Positions 52,936 through 64,000 of a stretch of 64,000 nucleotides of DNA are shown piece after piece; position 1 is the first letter of the stretch, and every line of letters begins with the position of its first letter. This DNA is from the human T2T-CHM13v2.0 reference genome, Homo sapiens. Under the pieces are notes generated by a model, which did not search any database, was not told the origin of the DNA, and was given only the letters and a program-made list of their open reading frames with translations. The translations under genes and the position numbers were made by a program. Where the stretch lies: NCBI RefSeq assembly GCF_009914755.1, contig NC_060927.1; one strand, given 5' to 3'.

Positions 52936-55929
52936 ATAAATTCTATCTCATTAAAGGTGTGTGTGTCTATACAAATCGGATCATATCTTGCCTCTGCTGA
53001 GCATCCTCCAAGAGCTCTCCTTTCCTTTAGAAGAGTAAATTTCCAAGTCCTCCTAATGCCCCACAAGGCCCCACAGAATCCAGAACCCTCATCACTACCT
53101 CCTGGTCTCATCTCCTAGTCCTGTACCCTTTCTCTTTGCTATCCCTCTAACTGGACTGCTTTCCTCCCTTATAACTGCATGGCTCATACCCTTCCTTCTT
53201 CCAGCTCTTTATTCAAATGCCACTTTCTCAACTAATTGACTCTGACCATTCTATTTAAAATTGTAGTTCTGACCTTACTGCCTTGTTCCATTTTTCTTTT
53301 CCATAGCACTTATCATCTCAGCAGGTGTGATAGTCAAAATATTTAACAGTCCATCCTATAGGGTAGAGAACTATAGGGTACGAAAAAAGGTAGGAATTCT
53401 AGAGACCCCTGCTGGGCTAGCACGAACCCTGTAGTTACTAGATCATGAAGAGATCAGGGTGGTGGTGTTCCTGGAAAGGGGCAAGGAAGCTAGGGAGCAC
53501 CAAGGCCTTAGGGCAGAGGTACAGAAATATTCCCACTGGACTGGCAGACTAGTACCTGATAAATATCTGATCTACTTGTATTACATTACATAAGTTTCTT
53601 GTTATGCTTATTATCAGCTTCCCCTATTAGGACATAAGTGCCACGAATGCAGGAGCTTTGCCTATTTTGTTTACAGTTATATTCCCAGCCCCAAGAGAAG
53701 CACATAGCAGGCTTTAAAAAACATTCGTTGAGTTTAAGAAATAACAGCATGTGGATTTTGGAAATAGGCACGAAATCTATATAACCTGGACCTTCGTGGT
53801 TAAGATTTTCCAGCTGCAACACATGTTGAGAAGGTCTGTGTGTTGATGGCCCAGGACAAGCACCCTGGTTTTATCAGTTACTGAAAATGCCATACAAAGA
53901 AGAAGGGGGCTAAGTTCCTGGACCTAGAGGTGGGGAGGGAGTGGATTAGTCAGAATTCTTGGCTGCAAGGTACAGAAACTAAATTCATACTGAAGGACAG
54001 GAAGGAGTTAATGGCTCACATAACTGAAAAGTTCAGGGTTTTATCTGGCTTCAGATGCAGGTGGATCCAGAAATTCCAACACTGTCATCAGAAATTTATC
54101 TCTTCATTCCTTTGCTCTGCTTTCTTCTAAATCACCTTCATTCACAGACTAGATCTCCCCAGGTTGTAGCAAATACAACCACAGGCAGATTTAGTTCTAG
54201 CAGCTGAGTACATTTCTTTGGGAAGACAGGACCCTTTGCTGCGCAGTTGGCCCAGGTTGGATGACAGGCAATCCAGAAGAGAATCTGCCTGTGATTCAGA
54301 CAGACCCCTGTCCAGGGGGATGGAAGTCCAATTACCCACAAGGAGGAAGGAGGCCCATTGAGTTCACACCAAATCCTTTGTGGCTTTCAATTACTCTTGG
54401 CTGAGGGTCATGATATAGTATTGGATTCTTGACATATTTTGATGGTAGAGTGGGCAAGATTTGCTGAGGGATTAAATCTAAGGGGTTGGAGAGGAGTCCA
54501 GGATGATCCAAGATTACACATCTGGGCAATTAAATGTATCAAAATGCCATAAGCCAAGAGGGAACACTGAGAAGGAGATGTTTTGGGTGGAAGTCAGGAG
54601 GTCAGACTTACTCATGTAACTTTGAGACATTTATTAACACACAACTAGAAGATGTTAGGGAAACCACTTGACATACAATCTATAGTTCGGGAAGATGCCC
54701 AGGTGGAAAATATAAATTTCATGGTCATCAGAAATGGATTATATTTAAATCCATGAGCCTGGCTGAGCACCTAGGCAGCAAATATAGATAGAACAACGGA
54801 AGGATGAAGAAGTGAGTCTTGAGATGCTAAAACATTAACAGGTGGGGAGATGAGCCAGAAAGGAAGACTGAGAAAGAGATCCAGCAGAGTAAGAGGAAAA
54901 CCAAGAGAGGAGGAAGAGGGAATTGATCAGTTGTGCCAAATGTGTAAAATGCTGTTTATAAGTTGAGTAAGATGAGAAATAGGATTGACTGTAGGAGTTA
55001 GCAATGTGATAAATGACCTTGGCCAGAGCTGACTTTGGCCAGAGCTATTATGGTGAAACAATGTGGACAAAAATTTGATTGGAGCACATTTAAGAAAGAC
55101 TGGAAGGAGAGGAATTGGAGTCGGTAAGCAGAGAAGAAAACTTCTTTTTTAAAGACTTGCTCTGCGAAGGAGAACAGAGAAATTGAGCTGTGGTATAAAA
55201 GGGGAAGTGGTATCAACAGGCACTTTAAAAGTTAATTCTTTATAATTTTTTCTGTAAGTTTTCTTTTTTTTATTATTTTTTAATTAAAGTTTTTATTTGG
55301 ATTAAAGTTTTTACTTGGAGGTAATAGTGGATTCACATACAACTGTGAGAAATAACACAAAGACATCCCATGTTCCTTTTACCCAGTTTCCCCAAAGGGT
55401 AACATCTTGTAAACTATGGTAGAATACCACAACCAGGATATTGACATTCATAGTGTCAAAATACAAAACATTTTCACCACTGCAAGGACCTCTCACGTTG
55501 CCCTTCAAGAGACACACCCCCCTCCCTAGCCCCCAACAACCACTAACCTCTTACTCATTTCTATAATTTTGTCATTTCAGGAATATTATATAAATAGAAT
55601 CATAGAGTATGTACCATTTGGGATAGCTTTAAAAAAACTCAGAATAATTCTCTGGAGATTCATCCAGGTTGCTCCATGTATTAATAGTTCATTTGTTTTT
55701 ATTTATGAGCAGTATTCCATGGCACTGACATACCACAGTTTGACCATTCATCTGTTGAAGAATATCTGAGTCATTTTTAGTTTTGGGTTATTATAAATAA
55801 AACTGCTATAAACATTTGTGTACAGGTTTTCTTGTGAGAACATAAGCTTTCATTTCTCTGGGATAAATTCCCTGAAGTACAATTACTGGAACATATGGTA
55901 GTTGCATGTTTAGTTTTAAAGAATCTGCA

Positions 55930-57503
55930 CCCCTCTCCCTCTCCCTCTCCCTCTCCCTCTCCCTCTCCCTCTCCCTCCTCTCCCTCTCCCTCTCTTTCCA
56001 CGGTCTCCCTCTCAGCCGCCGAAGCTGGACTGTGCTGCTGCCATCTCGGCTCACTGCAACCTCCCTGCCTGATTCTCCTGCCTCAGCCTGCCGAGTGCCT
56101 GCGATTGCAGGCGCGCGCCGCCACGCCTGACGGGTTTTCGTATTTTTTTGGTGGAGACGGGGTTTCGCTGTGTTGGCCGGGCTGGTCTCCAGCTCCTAAC
56201 CGCGAGTGATCCGCCAGCCTCGGCCTCCCGAGGTGCCGGGATTGCAGACGGAGTCTCCTTAACTCAGTGCTCAATGGTGCCCAGGCTGGAGTGCAGTGGC
56301 GTGATCTCGGCTACAACCTCCACCTCCCAGCCGCCTGCCTTGGCCCCCCAAAGTGCCGAGATTGCAGCCTCTGCCCGGCCGCTACCCCGTCTGGGAAGTG
56401 AGGAGCGTCTCTGCCTGGCCGCGCATCGTCTGGGATGTGAGGAGCCCCTCTGCCTGGCTGCCCAGTCTGGAAAGTGAGGAGCGTCTCTGCCCGGCCGCCA
56501 TCCCACCTAGGAAGTGAGGAGCGCCTCTTCCCGGCCACCATCCCATCTAGGAAGTGAGGAGCGTCTCTGCCCGGCCGCCCATCGTCTGAGATGTGGGGAG
56601 CGCCTCTTACCGCCGCCCCTTCTGGGATGTGAGGAGCGCCTCGGCCCGGCCGCGACCCCGTCTGGGAGGTGAGGAGCGTCTCTGCCCGGCCGCCCCGTCT
56701 GAGAAGTGAGGAGACCCTCCACCTGGCAACTGCCCCATCTGAGAAGTGAGGAGCCCCTCCCGCCCGGCTGCCACCCCGTCTGGGAAGTGAGGAGCGTCTC
56801 CGCCCGGCAGCCACCCCGTCCGGAAGGGAGGTGGGGGTCAGCCCCCGCCAGGCCAGCCGCCCCGTCCGGGAGGGAGGTGGGGGGGTCAGCCCCCCGCCCG
56901 GCCAGCCGCCCCGTCCGGGAGGTGAGGGGCGCCTCTGCCCGGCCGCCCCTACTGGGAAGTGAGGAGCCCCTCTGCCCGGCCACCACCCCGTCTGGGAGGT
57001 GTACCCAACAGCTCATTGAGAACGGGCCATGATGACAATGGCGGTTTTGTGGAATAGAAAAGGGGGAAAGGTGGGGAAAAGATTGAGAAATCGGATGGTT
57101 GCTGTGTCTGTGTAGAAAGAAGTAGACATGGGAGACTTTTCATTTTGTTCTGTACTAAGAAAAATTCTTCTGCCTTGGGATCCTGTTGATCTATGACCTT
57201 ACCCCCAACCCTGTGCTCTCTGAAACATGTGCTGTGTCCACTCAGGGTTAAATGGATTAAGGGCGGTGCAAGATGAGCTTTGTTAAACAGATGCTTGAAG
57301 GCAGCATGCTCGTTAAGAGTCATCACCACTCCCTAATCTCAAGTACCCAGGGACACACACACTCTGCCTAGGAAAACCAGAGACCTTTGTTCACTTGTTT
57401 ATCTGCTGACCTTCCCTCCACTATTGTCCTATGACCCTGCCAAATCCCCCTCTGCGAGAAACACCCAAGAATGATCAATAAAAAAAAAAAAAAGAAAAAA
57501 AAA
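55930..57503 (+). mobile_element. Full-length SVA retrotransposon (SVA_D-like)
   Basis: (CCCTCT)n, antisense Alu-like domain, GC-rich VNTR (~56370-57000), SINE-R, AATAAA + poly(A); perfect TSD aaagaatctgca (55918-55929 / 57504-57515) at a TTTT/AAAG L1-endonuclease site. Confidence 0.97.
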
Positions 57504-58623
57504 AAAGAATCTGCAAACTGTTTTCCAGAGTGTCTGTAGCACCAGTAATGTATCAATGACCTAGTTTCTCTACATCCTCGCCAGCATTGATGATGTCACT
57601 ATTTTTTTTTTTTAGTTATTGATAGTTTTTTAGTCTATAGTTTAGATAGTTTTAGTTATAGCTAGCTTTTTAGTTCTTGTGATACCTCACTATGGTTTTA
57701 ATCTGCGTGTTCCTAATGGCTAACAATGTAGAACATCTTTTCATGTGCTTATTTGCCTTCTGTACATCTCTTCGGTGAAATGTTTCTTCATGTCTTTTAC
57801 CCGTTTTCTAATTGGATTGTTTGCTTTATTTACTGTTTAGTTTTGAGAGTTTTAAGAAATATATTCTTGATATTAGTCTTTTGTTGGATATATGGTTTGC
57901 AAATATTTTCTCGCTCTGTAGCTTGTCTTTTTATCCTCCTAAAAGAGTCTTTTGCATGGAAAGCATTTTTTAACTTTGGTAATGTCAAGTTTATCAATTT
58001 TTTAATTTTATGGGTTGTAATTTTTATGTCAAGTCTGAGAACTCTTTGTCTAGCTCTAGTCCTGAAGATATTTTACTAGGCTTTTTTCCTCTTATTTATT
58101 TATTTATTTATTTATTTTTATGGGTTTTATTTTCCTAGAAGTTTTATAGTTTTACATTTTACATTTAGGTTTGTGATCATTTTAAGTTGATCTTTGTGTA
58201 AGGTGTGAGATTTAGGTTATATTTAAAGTGAGGTTTTTGTAGAGAGTTTATAATTTGGCTATGTTTTTAAATGTCTTCTGCCAAGCTCTGTATTTTAATT
58301 CATGTATTTAGACCATCACATTTAATGCAATTATACATATATCAGGGCTTAAGGCTGCTATTTTATCTTTTGTTTTTCTTTTCTTCTTTATCTGTTTTCT
58401 TTTGCTGTCTCCTATGGGTTACTTGAACATTTTTTAGAAAGCAGTTTTGATTTATCTATAATGTTTTTGAGCTTATTTTTGTATAGTATTTTTTAGTGAT
58501 TGCTTTAGGTGTTACCTTATGTATATCTACCATCACAATCTACTGATGTTGACATTTTATGAGTTTGAATGAAATATAGAGACCTTGCTCCCTTTACATC
58601 TCTTTGCCTTCCCTCACTTATAA

Positions 58624-58948
<325 letters not shown>

Positions 58949-61859
58949 TAATTTTCTTAAATATTTATTTTATATACATGTGGAATCACATGAGACGGTG
59001 TTATAATTTTGTTTCAATTATCAAACATAGTTTAAGGAAAATGTATTATTTTCATGCATATTTTTCCTACTATGCTCTTTCTTCCATCCTGACATTCCAA
59101 AGTTCCTTCTTTTATTGTTTCTTTTCTGTTTAGAGAACTTCCTTTAGTCATTCTTCAAGGCAAGTCTGTAGTCAACATATTCTCTTAGGTTACCCTTATT
59201 TGAGAATGTCTTGATTTCCCCTCCATTTCTGAAGGATACTTTCAATGGATATAGGATTCTAGATATGACAGTTCCTTTTCTTCTCTGCACTTGAAAGAAC
59301 TGAAAAAAGCACTTGAAAAATGCTGAAAGAACTTCCTTCAGGCCTTTCTGGTTTACGATGAGAAATCCACTGTTATTGGGATTATTTTTCCCTTGCATGT
59401 AAGTTGTGATTTCTCTTTTGCTGCTTTTGAGATCTTCTCTTCGTCTTTAGTTTTCAGAAGTTTTACTATTATATATTCAGGTGTGAATTTTCCTTAAATT
59501 TTCCATTTTGGCTTTATTCAGCTTCTTAGATCTGTAGATTTATGTCTTTTGCCAAATTTGAGAAGCTTTCAACCATTATTTCTTTGAGTACTTTTTCAGG
59601 CTTGCTTTTATCCTTCTATCCTTCCAGGGTGCCACTGACATTAATGCAGGTTCTCTAATTATAATCCTGATATCCTTGAGATTCTGTTTATTATTTTTTT
59701 CCAGTCTATTTTCTCTCTGTTGTTCTTATCTTCAAGTTCACTGATTCTTTCCTTTGTCCCCTCCATTCTGGTGTTGAGCCCATCCACTGAGTTTTAAAAT
59801 TTTGGTTATCACATTTTTTAGTTCTTTTTAATATCTATTATCTACTTAATGAGACTTTGTGTTTTCTTACTAAGACCTTCCATTTTTTCATTTGTTTTGA
59901 GCATGTTTGTAATTGTGTTGAAGCATCTTTATGATGGTTGTTTTGAAATCTTTGTCAGATAATTCTAACATTTTTGACATCTCAGTGCTGTCATCTGTTG
60001 ATAGTCTTTTTAAATTCAATTTGAGATTTTCCTGGTTCTTGGTATGATTAATGATTTTCTATCGAAATCTGTATATTTTGGCTACTATATTATGAGACTC
60101 TGGTCTTATTTCAACTTGCTATTTTAGCTGGCTTTTTTTTTACACCAGTCCCTTAGGGGAAGGGGTGGTGCTGCCTTATTACTGCAGGTGAAGGTAGAAG
60201 TCCGGGTTCTCCACTTGGCCTTTTTTGACGTCTGAGGAGGGAAGCTCCTTACTACTGTTGGGTGGGTATGGGGTTTCTGGCTCCCACTAGGCCTGCACTG
60301 ATACCTCCTTGGCTGAAAGGGGTAGGAGTGCTTTGTTACTACTCTCCACGTGGCCTTCATTATCACTAATCAGTGGTAAAAGTCCTGACTCTTCAGCAGG
60401 CCTCCTCTGATGTTACCGCAGTGGAGAGTTGGAGGGGTGCCTCATTATTGCCTGGCATGAGTGAAAGTTCAGGGCCTCACGGAGTCTCTACTAACACCAC
60501 ACAGGGTGGGGATTGGAGGGGAGGGCTTGTTACAGCTGCAGGAAGGTCAAAGTGTGGAGTCCCCACTCTGCATTTGCTGGCATGAGTTGGGGTGAGATCT
60601 CTGTGTTTTCTGTGGTGTTTGGCTGGAGTAGAGCAGTTGTCTAAAAGTTTTCTGTCTTGCTAGGCTGTCCCTTTCCTGTTCCTTTGGCTGGAGACAAAAG
60701 TCTTTTATTGAGCTTAAAAGAATTTTGTTTTGTCTGTGCCCATTAGCGTTTTTGGATTTTCAGCTTTTTCAGCTCTGAGCCAGGATATATGAAGCAAAAT
60801 GAAAAAACCAGAGGACTCACTGCCATGTCCTCCCTTGGGTCCTGAGATTTCTAGCTAGTCTGCCTTATTCTCTCCAACTTCCAGAGTTTCTTACGTTTGT
60901 TTTATATGTCCAGGATTTATATAAAGATAATGCAAAGATAAAGTTTGCATGCTTATGGGAACAGTAGGAAAAATAATGTAGGGAAGGAGGAGAGCAATGC
61001 TGGTAAGATGTCCTTGAGGAAGAGGCAAGAGGGGTGACATCAAGCATACAGGGTTAGCTATAAGTAGAAGAAAGGACAATTCATCTAGTAATGTGTGTGA
61101 AGGCAGAGATTGCAATTAATTGAGTTCAGCAAAGAAAAAAGAAAGAAGAAAAGAGAATAAAGAATGTGATAGAAGAGTTATTTTACACAGATGGTTTTTC
61201 TGAGCAGATAACCTTTGATCACAAACCTGTATGAAGCAAAAAGTAAACTAGGTAAATATGTGGGGGGCAATGTCAGTTGGAAATGGGTTTATCATGTTCC
61301 AGAAACAGAAAGAGGACCTCCTCTTCTGTGCAGCTCTGCTAGACCACTCTGCCCCTCCTCCAACCTAACCAGCCTTCCTGTGTGGACCATTTGGCTTACC
61401 TCTATTATTTACACTGGTGATTCTCTCTGTACTGCAATCAATTTCTTCCAGCTTTCTAATATCTCTCCCATTAAGCCTTCTGAGGAGAGGAACTACACCT
61501 GTTTTATCTTGGTAACTAGCACTTTGCACCATGCCTGACACAGAGGAGGTGTTTTAAAACTGTCTTTCAATGGATTACCACAGAAAAAAGTTGCTCACCT
61601 CTAGAAGATGCTAGAGCAGGTACAGTGGAAAGAGCATGGACTTGGAGGGCAGACAAAGGCATGGACTTCGTGTTGAACTGCAGGTTTGAGCCAAGGAATG
61701 GTGAGGTGTGTTTGGATGGGCTGCTTTCCTGCTTCTGGCAAAAGAACACGCACAGTATTGTTCATTTTTTATTTTGGATTTCCAGAGATAGAATGAAAAC
61801 CATACAAAGTAGGAATTGTGCTCTTGGTTTAATTTCTCCTGATCCCACTTGTCAGACCT

Positions 61860-62412
61860 TCATGTCTGACAGGCATGCTGGTTGGCAGGCTGGTTGGTTC
61901 CCTATTTTAAGATGGTTTTGGAGGGGGAATAAAAGCCCTTTGCTTAAGCTCTAGCTTATCTAACGTTCAGCCAATCAGTAACAAAAGACTCAAGAAGCTG
62001 TTAGGTGTTTCTATTTCAGGGAGCTGGAGGCTTCCTCAGAGCCCCACGTGTGCAGTTAGTCTTAAAATCCAACCTATAGTTACCCCTTCCTCATTTTAAT
62101 GCTAAAAATCATGCCCAGGGGTGGCGATTTAAAATGCTAATGCTACATATGATGTATAAAGAAGTGTGTTGAGCCACTGTGCAAGCACTAGAAAAACCTC
62201 TCCTATATGTGCCCTGATGTAACCCTTCCCTATAGAAAGACCCTATAATACTAACCCACATATTGCCCTTGGGGAGCAGCCTATTCCTTTTCCTTTCTTA
62301 GTGCCAGCTCCCTTGTGCACGAGCTAATATAATTTTCTCTTTGCTGCTATACCTGCTAGTCTCTTTTGATTTCTATCTTGGGAGATTACAAGAACCCAGG
62401 GCATGGGTGACA
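61860..62412 (+). mobile_element. ERV1-type solo LTR
   Basis: CCAAT (agccaatcag), cctataa TATA-like, ending caagaacccagggcatgggtgaca; 5' boundary uncertain. Confidence 0.6.
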
Positions 62413-63266
62413 TTACCATGTGGATGGTCTCTTGACTGGTGCAGATGGTACAGACCACCTCTCCTTTCTTCACTTGGCTACCTTCTCCTCATCTTCCAAG
62501 GTTTTGTTCTTTTAAATTCTCACCCTAAAGTACCCAGATTCCCTCTTTTTCTGGATCAGGACTATTTTTCTAAAAATTTCAAGCCTTCAGCCTCCTCTTC
62601 CATCTTTGGAAACTGGCACAGCCTTTGGCTAGTCTCATCATAGCTCCTTACCCTCTTGCTCTTTCTAGACCATTTGGGTAAGGGAGAGGCTTTAGTGAGG
62701 GTAAAGGAGGGCAGGAAGGTTTTCTTTTTCGGAATTCTACCCTTTTATCTTTAAAATTTGTACTCTTTCACTGTTTGGCTTGGTCTGCTGCTGCTACTAC
62801 TCAACAGGATTCATATATTGTTGATAATCCTCCCAGCTAGCACTAGTGTAATTTTTAGACTTCATGCTAAAAGGCTTTCTGTCTCCTTTGCCCACCTTGA
62901 TTTATCTTACACATCTCCTCTGTTAATTTCCCTTGGTGCTGCCATGTGCGGGAACTATGTCCCAATTCTGAGGTTCCCCCTAACCCCCCAGCTTAGAGAG
63001 GCTAAGGCTATTCCCTGTGACTCAGATGCCCCTTTTACTTTCCTATCCAACTTCTGCTCAGCCTTTGCAATTTACCTCTTGGGTCAGCTCCTCAAAACAG
63101 ATATCCCTTCTTCTCCTGCACAAGGTCCTCCTCCCATTGAGGCCAGAGGTCTCCTCCCCTGGGCTGTGCTTACTCTGATGGAACACTTGCCACACTAGAT
63201 CTAAGGGTCATTTTTCATGTTGGTTTTGCCAGTAATGGTGAACTCCCTAAAGGCAGTCTTTTACTA

Positions 63267-63337
63267 TTAGGTTGGTGCAAAAGTAATTGCAGCTTTTGCC
63301 ATTAAAAGTAATGGCAATTACTTTTGCACCAACCTAA
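63267..63337. mobile_element. MADE1 (Hsmar1 mariner MITE)
   Basis: TIR ttaggttggtgcaaaagtaattgc...gcaattacttttgcaccaacctaa; TA duplication on both sides; ~9-bp internal deletion. Confidence 0.93.
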
Positions 63338-64000
63338 TAGCTCTTACTCCAGGCTTCAGTCTGTGTGGGATCCAAATAAACGATATGTAAAATAAATGCT
63401 TATTTTACCCCATCGCACTGGCCAGATGGAAGGGATATCAAGTTGAGGCAGAAAACTCTGGTCCATGATTTGGGGAAGGGGCGGAGCATTGTCTGCGAGG
63501 AGGGGGTCCTGAAGGGAGGAAGGTGGGACGCCTGTGTTCTCAGAGTATTCTCTCTATAGGCAAGAGTTGTAATTTATGGCAGGGGAGTGATGGGCAGGCA
63601 AGGACCACAGAACTCATGCTGGAGAAAGTGAGCAAAAACAAATGGAAAAACTGTCAACCTTTAGGGGGTACTGAGAGATAACTCAGTGATACTTCAGGGC
63701 AATGCCCTCTGTCTTGAAATGTCTAGGTTTGCATTTCTTTGAAAAGGAGCTGAGAAAGGGAGTGGTTCTATTTCCTGCTAACAGCAGCAGATCTGCTGAG
63801 ACACCAGCAGCAAGTGGGTGTCTCCTTCAGCTTAGAGGTGAGAAGATCACACCCAGGGAGCTGCTGTTTGCCCCTCCCCTTCTGCATTAGGGTGGCGACC
63901 TGGATGAGGCGTCCTTGCTTCTGGGTGCAAAGACTCCTAGCTGGAAGTCTAGGAAAAATTACCTAGGAAAAAAGACTTCAATTATAACTGATAAATTAGA

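Noticed and set aside
55777-57556. Multiple overlapping ORFs
   Set aside because: Derived from the SVA hexamer, Alu-like and VNTR domains

Overview
Human (hominid) genomic DNA containing the complete XIRP1 gene on the minus strand. XIRP1 encodes Xin actin-binding repeat protein 1; from gene identity this is chr3p22, between CSRNP1 and CX3CR1. A non-coding exon 1 (~21438-21590) sits behind a compact muscle promoter (MEF2, NKX2-5, GC box, GATA, E-box). A single large coding exon encodes 1843 aa (12906-18437), with a poly(A) signal at 12225-12230. The splice signals for the known XinB (1121 aa) and XinC (526 aa) isoforms can be read directly from the coding exon as a 427-nt exitron at 14654-15080. 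Two CpG-rich islands lie downstream of the gene (~6640-7240, ~9780-10270). A destrin (DSTN) processed pseudogene lies at 43037-43705 and a full-length SVA at 55930-57503. The rest is mostly Alu, L1, L2, MIR, LTR and DNA-transposon relics, including a MER85 and a MADE1. I see no clearly new protein-coding system. The best leads are a possible STAT/NF-kB regulatory layer around a muscle gene, a retrocopy with an intact frame and ACG start, a pre-miRNA-sized hairpin made by a template switch, a poly(A)-site hairpin, and a 66-bp triplicated unit. Repeat family names come from recall of consensus sequences, not from a database search.
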